Shown here one piece after another: positions 28,665 to 38,808 of a stretch of 64,000 nucleotides of DNA. The notes beneath the pieces are model-generated. The model saw only the letters and a list, made by a program, of their open reading frames with translations. It made no database searches and had not been told where the DNA came from. The position numbers and the translations under genes are program-made. Numbering within the stretch: position 1 is the first letter of the stretch; the number at the start of each line of letters is the position of its first letter. The stretch spans positions 1,600,001 to 1,664,000 of the forward strand of contig OY761158.1 of NCBI GenBank assembly GCA_963664405.1. Direction: 5' to 3'. The stretch comes from Thermoanaerobaculia bacterium. GTDB lineage: Bacteria; Acidobacteriota; Thermoanaerobaculia; Multivoradales; Multivoraceae.

Positions 28665-29471
28665 ATGCAGCTCGTCCTCGCCGCGCTCGCCGCCGGCCTA
28701 GGGGTAAGCACCGCCTTCGGTCAGCAAGGAGCTGCCGACGGCGAATGGCGGCACCACGGCGGCGGCAACGGCTCTTCGAGGTATTCCGGGCTGAGCCAGA
28801 TCGACGCCGCGAACTTCTCGCAGCTCGAAGTAGCCTGGGGTTGGGAGTCCGCCGATCTGCGAATCGAGGAGAGCTCTCCCTACAAGCGGCAACCCTTCCG
28901 GGCCACACCTCTGATGATCGGTGGCCGCCTCTACGTGCAGTCGCGAACGGCGCCAGGAGCGATGGCGCTGACGCAACCGGACCCCGCGCGGTCCGATTGG
29001 AAGTATGTGAATAGCGGCGTACGGGCCGCGGGCCCCCGGGGGCTGCCCCTCGTCAAGCCCCCCTATCGGCGGATCACGGCGGTCGACCTGAAGATGGGCG
29101 ATCTCACCTGGCAGGCTCCGTTGGGGCAGGGCCCGACCGGGCACCCGGCGATCAAGCATCTCGAGCTCGGGCCCCTGGGCGGCCGTGGCTCCAGCGGCGT
29201 CGACGAGGGCGGGCTGCTCATCACCAGGACACTGTTGATCACCTTCGCCGCCAAACTCGACGAGCTCGGCAATCGCCTCCGCGATGGAATGGGGGGCGCC
29301 TATCTTCAGGCCTACGACAAGGCCACGGGCAAGTTGTTGGCCGAGGTCGAGGTCGACCGCAGCCTGCACAGCTCACCGATGACCTATCTCCACCAAGGGC
29401 GCCAGTACATTGTCGTTGCCGGCGGCGGCGTAACGGAGAAAGCGGAGCTTGTCGCGTTCGCTGTGCCGTAG
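28665..29471 (+). pseudogene. PQQ dehydrogenase with in-frame internal deletion (268-aa open frame)
   Basis: N-terminus joined to C-terminus at LYV, relative to 46607..48616. Confidence 0.8.
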
Positions 29472-29486
29472 CAGAGGGGGAGAACG

Positions 29487-30431
29487 ATGAAAGCTCGTAG
29501 AAAACTCATTGGGTCGCTGCTGATGGCTGCGATGGGTTTGACCAGTCGCGGGCTCGCCCAGCCGCCTGAAGTGAAGTTAGAGGAGCTGGATGGCCGCATT
29601 CGCATCGAAATCGATGGCGAGCTGTTCACCGAATACATCTATGCAGGCTACGACAAGCCGTTGCTCTATCCGATCATTGGCCCCACCGGGACCGGGATGA
29701 CTCGCAGCTATCCGATGAAGCTGGGGGTAAAAGGAGAACCCACCGATCATCCTCATAACAGTTCCATGTGGTTTACGCACGGCGACATCAACGGCGAAAA
29801 CTTCTGGAACCACGGTCCCGATTTGGGCAAAGTGCGGCAGACGGAATTGATCCGCGCGGTTTCCGATGGCAAGTCGGCCGAGCTCGAGACGAAAAATCAG
29901 TGGCGGAAGGCCGATGGGACAGTTGTTTGTACCGACACCCGGGCCTTACGTTTCTCGACCACCGCGGATCAACGCATTATTGACTGGCGCGTTACGATTC
30001 ATGCTTCGCACGGCGACGTAGTCATTGGCGATCTCAAAGAGGGAACGATGGGTATTCGCACCCATCCGAAACTGAGTCCGGCTGGCGGCGGCAACGCAGC
30101 CAATAGCGAAGGAGCGAGCGGCAGCGAGATCTGGGGCAAGCGAGCCAAGTGGGTTGACTATTGGGGTGACATTGAGGGGAAGACGGTTGGGATCGCGATT
30201 TTCGACCATCCGGCAAACTTACGACATCCGACCTGGTGGAACGCCCGTGGTAGCGGCTTCGTGGCGGCAAACCCGTTTGGAATCCACGACTTCGAAAGCC
30301 GGCCGGCAGGTACCGGTGACCTCACGATTCCCGACGGCGAAAGCCTTACTCTCCGCTACCGCTTTGTGTTTCACCAGGGCAATCCCGACACCGCCAAGGT
30401 CGACCATTTTTTCAAGCTCTTTGCCGATTGA
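29487..30431 (+). CDS. DUF6807 ('PmoA'-named Pfam) secreted protein
   Basis: KPLLYPI, TRSYPM, DHPHNSSMWFTHGD, WNARG..AANPFG. Confidence 0.75.
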   Translation: MKARRKLIGSLLMAAMGLTSRGLAQPPEVKLEELDGRIRIEIDGELFTEYIYAGYDKPLLYPIIGPTGTGMTRSYPMKLGVKGEPTDHPHNSSMWFTHGDINGENFWNHGPDLGKVRQTELIRAVSDGKSAELETKNQWRKADGTVVCTDTRALRFSTTADQRIIDWRVTIHASHGDVVIGDLKEGTMGIRTHPKLSPAGGGNAANSEGASGSEIWGKRAKWVDYWGDIEGKTVGIAIFDHPANLRHPTWWNARGSGFVAANPFGIHDFESRPAGTGDLTIPDGESLTLRYRFVFHQGNPDTAKVDHFFKLFAD

Positions 30432-30468
30432 AGGCTGAGCTCCCGCCCACTTAGGAGGTTCGAAAATC

Positions 30469-31788
30469 ATGTTGAGAATGCCACCTCTCTGTTGCCTGTT
30501 CTCATCCTTGGCGCTCGTCGCCGCGTGCGAGAGCGGCACGATCGTGCCCGACGCGGTCGCGCCGGACGACGGCGTACCGCCGATCACGGTAGTCGGGGCA
30601 ACACTGATCGATGGCACCGGTGCGGCACCGATCGAGGACGCGGTCATCGTCATTCGCGGCAACCGTATCGTGAGCATCGGCTCGCGGTCGGATACCGCGA
30701 CGCCCGAAGGCGGAGAGATCGTCGACGGCACCGGGAAGTTCGTGATCCCGGGCCTAGTGGATCTTCACTGCCATTTCGGTGGCGGACGCGCCGAGGTCGA
30801 GCGTGTCCTGGGAGTGCAGCTGCGTTTCGGCGTCACCACCGCTCGTAGCCTGGGCTCGGATGGCGAGGAGAACCTCGCTCTCGTGGCCGATGTCCGTGCC
30901 GGTAAGGTGCCTGGCCCGCGCCTGTACACGGCGGGGCGGGGATTCTCGGCACCTGGGGGGATGCCGTCGAGCGCCAATGCTCCGACCAGCGAGGAGGAAG
31001 CCGTCGAGATGGTCCGCGCGCTTGCGGCGCAGAATGTCGACTTGGTCAAGATGTGGGTCGAAACCCGTTTCGACACCCTGCCCGAGATCACCCCCGAAAT
31101 GCGCACGGCGATCGTTCGCGAGGCTGCCGCCCACGGCATTCCCGCCGCCGCCCATATCTACGACGAAGAAGACGTCCGCCAGCTCGCCGATCTCGGGGTG
31201 ACCGACTTCATTCACAGCGTTCGGGATCGCGAGGTCGACGCCTCCTTCGTCGCATTTGCGCGACAGAAGAAGCTGTCCTTTGCCCCGGCTCTCACCCAGG
31301 CCCAGAACTTCTGGTACCTGGTGGAAAATCCCGAGGTGCTCAACGATCCGGAGTTCCGCGACTCCTACACCGCCGAGCGAGCCGACCGCATGCTCTCGCA
31401 GGGTCGTGAGCAGATGATGGCCAACCCTTTGCTCGAGGAGCGCCGTCGCGATTACGCCAGGGCCCTCGTGTTCATCAAGACGATGCACGACGGTGGTGTT
31501 CGGATCGCAGTCGGCTCCGACAGTGGCGCCGGCGTGGCCTTTGGTTGGGGGGCTCATCACGAGATGCAGCAGCTCGTGGTCGCCGGTCTCGAGCCGGTGG
31601 AGGCGATTGCCGCGGCGACCGGCAACGGGGCCCGAGTCTTGGAAGGCGACGATGCCGAGTTCGGAGTCCTGGCGGCCGGCAAGATCGCCGATCTGGTGCT
31701 CCTCGACGCCGATCCGCTCGCCGACATCGGCAACACGCGCAAGATCGCGCGGGTGATGCAGGGCGGGAACTGGCTCGAGCGTCGATAG
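30469..31788 (+). CDS. Amidohydrolase-family lipoprotein
   Basis: PGLVDLHCH, GVTT, AVGSD, GKIADLVLLDADP. Confidence 0.88.
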   Translation: MLRMPPLCCLFSSLALVAACESGTIVPDAVAPDDGVPPITVVGATLIDGTGAAPIEDAVIVIRGNRIVSIGSRSDTATPEGGEIVDGTGKFVIPGLVDLHCHFGGGRAEVERVLGVQLRFGVTTARSLGSDGEENLALVADVRAGKVPGPRLYTAGRGFSAPGGMPSSANAPTSEEEAVEMVRALAAQNVDLVKMWVETRFDTLPEITPEMRTAIVREAAAHGIPAAAHIYDEEDVRQLADLGVTDFIHSVRDREVDASFVAFARQKKLSFAPALTQAQNFWYLVENPEVLNDPEFRDSYTAERADRMLSQGREQMMANPLLEERRRDYARALVFIKTMHDGGVRIAVGSDSGAGVAFGWGAHHEMQQLVVAGLEPVEAIAAATGNGARVLEGDDAEFGVLAAGKIADLVLLDADPLADIGNTRKIARVMQGGNWLERR

Positions 31789-31903
31789 TGACGCACTGCC
31801 CTCGGCGACCCGCCGCTCGAGAGCACCATCGATTCAATCGATGAACACTTCCGCAAGAGCGATGCCGCTTTCTCCGGCCACGGCATAGAACCGCCGCTGA
31901 GGC

Positions 31904-32965
31904 TCAGTTCTTCGGCGCATTGTCTTTCCCCTTCATCTCGTAATACTCCTTCTCGAGAAGGCGCGCTCCGCGCAGCATGTTCCCCATCGCGTAGTTGCCT
32001 TCGTGGCACGCATACTCGTAGAGACGTTGGTCGGCTGCGGGCAAAGGCAGCGAGCCGCTGTAGGCAGCCGTCCGATCGGGGTCCTCGACGGTGAACTCGT
32101 AGAGCAAGGAGTCTCTGTCGATACGGCGGAAGTGCTCTACCACGTGGAGTCCTTCGTAGGGCTCGCGTGGGCTGCGGAGAAAGCCTGTGGTGTCGACGAC
32201 CAGGGTGTCGCCCTCCCACCAGCCGATCGAGTCTCCGCCCAGCGAGCGGAGCTCGGGTGCCACGTGCTTGACGGGGCGCCCCTCGGCGGCGAGACGCACG
32301 ATGCGAGCCCAGTGCATCCACTCGATCAGGATCACCACATGGGTGTCGGTCTGGGTAATGGTCTTGAAGTTGTTGTAGGCCGAGGGACGCATCGGAACCG
32401 TGCTCCCGCCGCTGTAGAGGCAGCGAGTGCCGAGGCTCTGCACTTCCGGGTGGTCGTAGAGGATCTTTCCTTCGTCGAGCCACCAGGCGCCGCCCGGATT
32501 GTGGTTGTAGTTGCCGGGCCGTCGAGCTCGTTGCTCTTGGCCTTGTTGGGAGAGGGGAGGGAGGCGCCCATCGGGTGGGTCGGTGAGGATGGAGTTGCGG
32601 TACTTGCCGTCGAAGGCGAAAGCACCGGTGCCGCGGTCCCACCAGAAAGTGTTGTGGCCACCGATGTTGCTCGCGTGCCCATCGCCCCCCACCGGAGGGG
32701 CCGGACGATCGCCGTCGATGGGTGCGATCGACTTCTCATAGCTCGCCGCTGCGTTGTGGGCGATGCTCCTGGCCTCCTCTTCGCTGATGTACGGGGACTC
32801 GCCGTACTTGGGCGCGCGTTGGAGGGGCGTCAGCCAGGCGATGTCGTAGGTGCCCTCCAGATCCGGCTTGCCGTCGGGCCTGCGTGGAATGTCCCCTTCG
32901 GCAGCCAAGCTCGGCAGCGAGATCGCGCCGAGAAGCAAGCACAGGACCGTGTGTTTCATGTTCAT
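31904..32965 (-). CDS. ACHEGN protein, copy 2
   Basis: GKPDLEG, LGTRC, EWMHW, YEYACHEGNY. Confidence 0.85.
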   Translation of the reverse strand: MNMKHTVLCLLLGAISLPSLAAEGDIPRRPDGKPDLEGTYDIAWLTPLQRAPKYGESPYISEEEARSIAHNAAASYEKSIAPIDGDRPAPPVGGDGHASNIGGHNTFWWDRGTGAFAFDGKYRNSILTDPPDGRLPPLSQQGQEQRARRPGNYNHNPGGAWWLDEGKILYDHPEVQSLGTRCLYSGGSTVPMRPSAYNNFKTITQTDTHVVILIEWMHWARIVRLAAEGRPVKHVAPELRSLGGDSIGWWEGDTLVVDTTGFLRSPREPYEGLHVVEHFRRIDRDSLLYEFTVEDPDRTAAYSGSLPLPAADQRLYEYACHEGNYAMGNMLRGARLLEKEYYEMKGKDNAPKN

Positions 32966-33022
32966 TTTCGTCAATCCTTCTTCGCCATTGATTTCGACGC
33001 GAATGCGACCCTCCCTGCGCTC

Positions 33023-33808
33023 TCACAAATCCAGCTCTAAGCCTCCCGGCTCTTCCAGCTTGCGGACTTCCCACAGAAGCTCCGGCGGAAACACCTCCTC
33101 GTAGATGCGCTTCATCGTGACCTCGTAGTCCCACTCTGTCGACAAGGGGCGCCAAGCCAGCGCGTCGAGCTGGGCGCGGACGATTCGCCGCATCGAGGCG
33201 ATCGAGTCGCTAACGTCGACGAGGCCGATATCACGCATCGCGAGCATGAAGCCACTCACCCCCATGGTCCCGGTGACCGCATTTTTTAGCAAGGAAGAGA
33301 CTTCTCGTCGAGACAGTCCCGATGGCAGCACCAGGTCCCCACTCTCGAATGCCTCCACCAACACCGCCGACCTGACGCGAAGATAGTCCTTCCTTATCTC
33401 GACCGTCCGCTGCGTCTCCTGCGACGAGGCACGATCGACGATGTTTGCTGTGAGGGCGATGCTCCCTAAGCTAAAGGGGTGAGGGATAATGGCGTTGATC
33501 TCGGTGATAGCGACGAAGCGCTCGCGGGGCCGAGCGTCGAAGGCCTCCACCCGTCTTATCAAGAAGCGGCGCAGTTGAAGAAGCTGGGAGTAAAGCGCTA
33601 GCAGCACATCTTCCTTGGTGGGGAAGTACTTGTAGACCGTGGGTCGCGAGTATCCCGCCACCTTGGCGAGTCGCAGCATGGAGAGGGCGACGATCCCCTC
33701 CTCCGCCAGGATCTTTCGCGCCGCTGAAAGGATCTCCTCTCTGCGCCGAGCGCCTTCCCTCTCTCGACGAGCGACAGTCTTCTTCTCGAGATCGATCTCT
33801 GTCGTCAT
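33023..33808 (-). CDS. TetR/AcrR regulator
   Basis: ILSAA..SRPTVYKYFPTKEDV; WRPLSTEWDY C-terminus shared with 48613. Confidence 0.9.
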   Translation of the reverse strand: MTTEIDLEKKTVARREREGARRREEILSAARKILAEEGIVALSMLRLAKVAGYSRPTVYKYFPTKEDVLLALYSQLLQLRRFLIRRVEAFDARPRERFVAITEINAIIPHPFSLGSIALTANIVDRASSQETQRTVEIRKDYLRVRSAVLVEAFESGDLVLPSGLSRREVSSLLKNAVTGTMGVSGFMLAMRDIGLVDVSDSIASMRRIVRAQLDALAWRPLSTEWDYEVTMKRIYEEVFPPELLWEVRKLEEPGGLELDL

Positions 33809-33900
33809 AGGGCGCTCCCCGCGTTGGCTCTACGGCACGCTGCGAATGCCGATCGGTGTCGAGCGCAGCGAAGAACTCAGAGTACCTCTCGGCTGACACC

Positions 33901-33929
33901 TTGACTCTAACACTGTGTAAGAATACAGT
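33901..33929 (+). promoter_or_regulatory. Sigma70-type promoter for the TonB receptor
   Basis: TTGACT-17 nt-TACAGT. Confidence 0.55.
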
Positions 33930-34032
33930 CTCATCTGTACCGCATCAAGCATGCGTGGAAGAACGAGGTCCGAACCGTATCCGCTCCTAGGCGGCTTTAC
34001 GTAGATCTCTCAGTAGCGAGCAAAGAACAATT

Positions 34033-36807
34033 ATGGAGAATCACAGCGTGAACACCACCACTCTCAAGGCCTTAGTCTCGATCCTCATCATGCTCGCATT
34101 CGCTCAGCTGCCGCTGTGGGCTGACGGTCCGCAGACAGGGGTGATCGAAGGCCGTGTGCTCGACGCGCAGGGCGGGGCCCTGCCCGGTGCCACGGTGACC
34201 CTGGCCGGTCCGCAGGGCGAGAAAACCGCGATCACCGATGACGCGGGTAAGTATCGTTTCTCGCTATTGCTGGATGGCGGCTACACCGTCACCGCCGAGC
34301 TGGAGGGGCTGGGTAAGGCCGAGGCTTCGACGTCCCTCAATGTCGGCGATCGCCGTGGCATCAATCTCACCCTGGCGGCGGGCACCGCGGAGACGATCAC
34401 CGTCACCTCCGAAGCCCCCCTGGTCAACAAGTACGAGACAGCGTCGACGGCGACACTCGATGCGGAGGTCGCGGAGGCGCTCTCGTTTAGCAGTCGCAAC
34501 TACATGGACAACATAGGACTTCTGCCTGGCGCAGTGGTCTCTGACCGACTCGCGACCCAGAATGGTTTTTCCGGCGGTCGCACCGGCGATTCCCTTACCT
34601 TCATGGAGGGCGTCGATGTCAGCCAAACCAGGCGCGGCGGTGAGTTTCGCATCAAGATACCGACTACGGCGGTCGCCCAGACCACCCTGCAGACCGCCGG
34701 ACTGGGAGCGGAGTACGGCCGGGCCTCCAATGGCCAGGCCAACACGGTGATCAAGACCGGCACCAACAACTTCCACGGCGAGGCCCTCTATATTGCGCAG
34801 AACCCCTCGTGGCGCGAGGACTGGCATACCGCCCCTTTCAGTGAGATCAAGAAGCCAGACGAGATTGTCAACAGCTTCGAGGTCTCCCTCGGTGGCCCGA
34901 TCTATCGCGATCGTGCGTGGTTCTTCGCCTCCAAGGCCAACACTTCCGAGAACAGATACAACTCGACGCAGGACGGCGTGGTATTCGACGTGAGCAACTA
35001 CGCCGATCCGCTCCTCGCCAAGCTCAACGGTCAACCTGGCGACAGTCATCAGCTCTCCTTTACCGTCATCAAGGCGCCGAACGAAGATGTCGCCGACGTC
35101 GGCAACCCGGGGGACCTGTTCGCCTTTAACGATACCCGCCGCGACAACGACGTGGTTACGCTGTCGTGGGACTACGCCGTAACCCCCTCCATCTTTCTGG
35201 AGTTCAAGGCTGCCGAGATCGAGGATACGCTGCGCAGAGGGTCGTTGATTACCCGCGAGATCGACCCCAATGCCCCTCCAGACTCCCCCAAGCGAACCGG
35301 ATTTCGCTATCACGACCTGGCCAGCGGCTTCAAGTACAACTTCAACGCACACGGAAACGGTAACGGTTTCGTAAGCGATCCCCGCGAGCAGCTCAATGCC
35401 GCGGCAACGATCTTCAGGGGCAACCACGAGCTCAGGGTCGGCGCCGACCGCCATGACCTGGGTGCTACCGTCACCGTAATTGTCGGCACCGAGTACGCCG
35501 GACGGGGCTACGACGAAAACTCGCCCACCGGCTTCGCGACTCCGGTAAGGAAACGGGTCTTCGAGCAGGCGACGGGGGAGCCCGAGGTCACCAGCGATCT
35601 CTCGACCTTCTACGTCCAGGATCGCATCGACATCGGAGACAAATGGGTCGTCACCGCTGGACTCCGTCTCGAGGACCAGGAGCTCTACGACAACCTCGGT
35701 GTACTGGTCAACGACTACAGTGAGCTGGCGCCTCGCTTGACTGCCGTTTACGACATGAGGGGCGCCGGCGAGCTCCTGCTCCGCGGCACCGCCGGGCGCT
35801 ACTACAACCTTTTCCTCCTGCAACTCCCGCTGGGGCAGTTCTTTCAAGGTGCAACCGGTCGCAACATCTACGACCAGTTCCTCTACAACCCCGTGAGCGG
35901 GGCCTACGACACCTTCCAGCGGACGGTCAACACGTCGGTCGACAGGGAAGCGGGGGCAAGCCTCACCCCCGAATTCCAGGACGCCTTCTCGGTCGGGGTC
36001 GATTGGCAGCTCAGCAACCTCTGGGTCGCCAAGGCACGCGTCGAATACAGGGAGAACAAGGACGTGTGGACGGTGTCGACGCAGTGGGACGACGCCGGTG
36101 AGCCCATCTTCGACCTTCGCACCTGGGACTCGGGAGGAGCACAGCAGATCGCCGACCGCTGGGGCGTTCCCTCTCCCGGCCGCATGTTCCGCGAGCACAA
36201 GGGGCTGGTGCTGGAGCTCAACCGTCGCATGCGCGACAACTGGACCGTGCGCGCCAACATCGCTTTCAACGACACCAAGGGCAATGTCGATAATCGGACC
36301 AACCGCGACGTCACCTTCGATGGTCTCGGCGGCCTCGAAGTGGGCACCTTGGTCTCCGACCTCACCAGCCGGTTCAGGGACGGCCGAGTCGCTCTCGCTT
36401 CCAATCGCGCGATCGTCTTCAACCTCGTCGGCATCAAGCGATGGCAGATCGGCAACCACAGCCTGAATACGGGCGCCTACTTGAGCTATCGCGAGGGCCA
36501 ACCCTGGGGGCTTCAGGCGAACGCCAACATGTTCAATCCGGAATCGCTCGAGACGCTGCGGGTACGTACCCTCTTGGAGTCCGCCGATACCAACCAGCTT
36601 CCGGACCCGACCGTTCTCAATCTCAATGCGAGTTGGGTCTTCCCGATCAAGGGATCTTTCGAAGGTCAGCTGGGTGTGGAAGTCTGGAACGCCACCAACG
36701 AGGACGCCCAGACCAATGTGAATGCTTTAAACGGCAACCCGAGGAGCGCCATCACCTCGTACGTGATTCCGCGCGAGTACCGGGTGAACGTAGGGATTCG
36801 CTTCTGA
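34033..36807 (+). CDS. TonB-dependent receptor (carboxypeptidase-regulatory domain, Oar-like)
   Basis: LPGATVT, AEYGR..G, KTGTNNFHG, C-terminal GIRF. Confidence 0.9.
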   Translation: MENHSVNTTTLKALVSILIMLAFAQLPLWADGPQTGVIEGRVLDAQGGALPGATVTLAGPQGEKTAITDDAGKYRFSLLLDGGYTVTAELEGLGKAEASTSLNVGDRRGINLTLAAGTAETITVTSEAPLVNKYETASTATLDAEVAEALSFSSRNYMDNIGLLPGAVVSDRLATQNGFSGGRTGDSLTFMEGVDVSQTRRGGEFRIKIPTTAVAQTTLQTAGLGAEYGRASNGQANTVIKTGTNNFHGEALYIAQNPSWREDWHTAPFSEIKKPDEIVNSFEVSLGGPIYRDRAWFFASKANTSENRYNSTQDGVVFDVSNYADPLLAKLNGQPGDSHQLSFTVIKAPNEDVADVGNPGDLFAFNDTRRDNDVVTLSWDYAVTPSIFLEFKAAEIEDTLRRGSLITREIDPNAPPDSPKRTGFRYHDLASGFKYNFNAHGNGNGFVSDPREQLNAAATIFRGNHELRVGADRHDLGATVTVIVGTEYAGRGYDENSPTGFATPVRKRVFEQATGEPEVTSDLSTFYVQDRIDIGDKWVVTAGLRLEDQELYDNLGVLVNDYSELAPRLTAVYDMRGAGELLLRGTAGRYYNLFLLQLPLGQFFQGATGRNIYDQFLYNPVSGAYDTFQRTVNTSVDREAGASLTPEFQDAFSVGVDWQLSNLWVAKARVEYRENKDVWTVSTQWDDAGEPIFDLRTWDSGGAQQIADRWGVPSPGRMFREHKGLVLELNRRMRDNWTVRANIAFNDTKGNVDNRTNRDVTFDGLGGLEVGTLVSDLTSRFRDGRVALASNRAIVFNLVGIKRWQIGNHSLNTGAYLSYREGQPWGLQANANMFNPESLETLRVRTLLESADTNQLPDPTVLNLNASWVFPIKGSFEGQLGVEVWNATNEDAQTNVNALNGNPRSAITSYVIPREYRVNVGIRF

Positions 36808-36911
36808 CCTGGGTTGCAGTGACCAGCCGGTGACGGACGCCCGCGAGGGCTCCTCGCTATTCGTGGCGGACCCTCAGCTCTCAGTAGGGAATCCGTAGGG
36901 GGCTTCTCTCG

Positions 36912-38804
36912 ATTCTACGAACGCTGTCGGTCTGCATTGCGGCACTCTGTGCCCCCATCTCGGTCGGTGCGCAGGAGCCCTACTCGAGCGTAGTCCGGCG
37001 CAATACCCCGACTCGCGTCTACTGGGGCGACACCCATGTGCATACGGCACTGTCGGCAGACGCGATGAACGGGGGCACGCGTCTGGAGCCAGAGCAGGCC
37101 TACCGCTTCGCGCGTGGCGAGCAAGTCACCACCACGACTGGCCAACCGGTCAAGCTGCTGCGTCCGCTGGACTTCATCGTCGTCGCCGACCACGCCAACA
37201 ACATCGGCGCCGGCTTGGCGCGCCACAAGTTCGTGGTGGACCCGGCGTTTCGGCGTACCGAGATCGGGCGGGCCTGGCAGCGCGCCCTTCGCGATCTACG
37301 ACGCCGTAGCGACATCGATCAGCAGGAGCTCGAGAGCGGCCCACTGCTGACCGGGCACCGCCCGGGGAGGGTCTCGGTTCGGGACCAGCGATTCCGTCAG
37401 ACTGTCTGGCGCAAGATCACCAGCAACGCCGACCGGTACAACGAACCCGGTGTATTCACCGCCTTCATCGGTTACGAGTGGACACCGAGCGTGGCGTTGA
37501 CCGGGGGCCCTCATCGCATCGTGATCTTCAAGGACGGTGCGTCGATGGTGAACCGCGTGCTGCCCTTTACCTCTTATGACAGCTCCAAGGAGGAAGAGCT
37601 CTGGGCCTTCCTGGCGGAGTACGAGCGCAAGGTTGGCGGGGCAGTTCTCGCCATCCCGCACAACAGCAACCTCACCGGCGGTGAAATGTTCCGTTTACAG
37701 GACTCCTGGGGCCAGCCGCTCACAGCGGAGTACGGGCGACAGCGTTCGCTGTGGGAGCCGCTCCTCGAAGTTACCCAGATCAAGGGGGACAGCGAGACCC
37801 ACCCCTACCTCTCAGCCACCGACGAGTTTGCCGACTTCGAGACCTGGAATGGCTGGGGCGGAAGGCGCGGGTGCCGTCCGAGCCTGGACTGTTTGCCTGG
37901 CGGCCCCGCTACACGGTCGAACGAGCTGATTCAGTACGAGTACGCTCGCTCGGCGCTCAAGCTCGGCCTGGCGCAGCAGGCTCAAAATGGAGTCAATCCC
38001 TTCAAGTACGGCATGATCGGCAGCTCCGACTCGCATACCGCGCTGGCTTCCGTAGACGAAGACAACTTCTTCGGCAAGGTGACCAGCAGCGAACCGAGTG
38101 TGACGCGATTCTCGAACCAGTCTCCCACCAGCAACTGGGAGATGAGCGCGGCCGGCTACGCGGCGGTGTGGGCGACCGAGAACACGCGAGAGGCGCTCTT
38201 CGATGCGATGCGGCGAAGAGAAGTCTACGCCTCGACGGGTCCGCGCATGACGGTGCGCTTCTTCGGCGGTTGGGGCTTCGTGCCCGAAGACGCCCACCGC
38301 TCAAACCTCGCGCGCGTCGGTTACGAGAAGGGCGTGCCCATGGGTGCCGATCTCGCGCATGGTCCGTCGGGCCGATCGCCTACCTTCTTGATCCGTGCAG
38401 TGAAAGATCCCGACGGCGCGAACCTCGACCGAGCCCAGGTGATCAAGGGCTGGCGTGACCGAAGCGGCGAGCTCTACGAAAGGGTCTACGACGTTGCCCT
38501 GTCAGACGGGCGCAGCGTGGGTCGTGGGGGCAAGGTGGAGCCCGTCGGCAACACCGTCGATCTGACTAACGTCACCTATCTGAACAGCATCGGAGATCCG
38601 GAGCTGGCCGTGGTCTGGCAGGATCCCGACTTCGACCCCGACGAGCACGCGTTCTACTACCTACGCGTCCTCGAGATTCCCACCCCGCGCTGGACGGCGT
38701 ACGACGTCAAGCGCTTCGGCCTGGAAGATGTGCCAGAGGAGGTGCCGATGATCACCCAGGAGCGGGCCTACAGCTCTCCGATCTGGTACACCGCAGAGGA
38801 GTAG
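36912..38804 (+). CDS. DUF3604 (PHP-like) secreted protein; no canonical start for its signal peptide
   Basis: YWGDTHVHT, ADHA, GYEWT, IPHNSN, QIKGDSE, SDSH, QERAYSSPIWY; frame open upstream to 36888. Confidence 0.8.
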   Translation: MLRTLSVCIAALCAPISVGAQEPYSSVVRRNTPTRVYWGDTHVHTALSADAMNGGTRLEPEQAYRFARGEQVTTTTGQPVKLLRPLDFIVVADHANNIGAGLARHKFVVDPAFRRTEIGRAWQRALRDLRRRSDIDQQELESGPLLTGHRPGRVSVRDQRFRQTVWRKITSNADRYNEPGVFTAFIGYEWTPSVALTGGPHRIVIFKDGASMVNRVLPFTSYDSSKEEELWAFLAEYERKVGGAVLAIPHNSNLTGGEMFRLQDSWGQPLTAEYGRQRSLWEPLLEVTQIKGDSETHPYLSATDEFADFETWNGWGGRRGCRPSLDCLPGGPATRSNELIQYEYARSALKLGLAQQAQNGVNPFKYGMIGSSDSHTALASVDEDNFFGKVTSSEPSVTRFSNQSPTSNWEMSAAGYAAVWATENTREALFDAMRRREVYASTGPRMTVRFFGGWGFVPEDAHRSNLARVGYEKGVPMGADLAHGPSGRSPTFLIRAVKDPDGANLDRAQVIKGWRDRSGELYERVYDVALSDGRSVGRGGKVEPVGNTVDLTNVTYLNSIGDPELAVVWQDPDFDPDEHAFYYLRVLEIPTPRWTAYDVKRFGLEDVPEEVPMITQERAYSSPIWYTAEE

Positions 38805-38808
38805 CCAC

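Noticed and set aside
29487-30431. Methane monooxygenase subunit PmoA
   Set aside because: Soluble secreted protein of a misleadingly named family; no transmembrane helices and no pmoCB
34264-36501. 745-aa antisense ORF (likewise 49881..51389, 10126..11451, 32003..33040)
   Set aside because: Shadow frames opposite well-supported genes in high-GC DNA; no motifs
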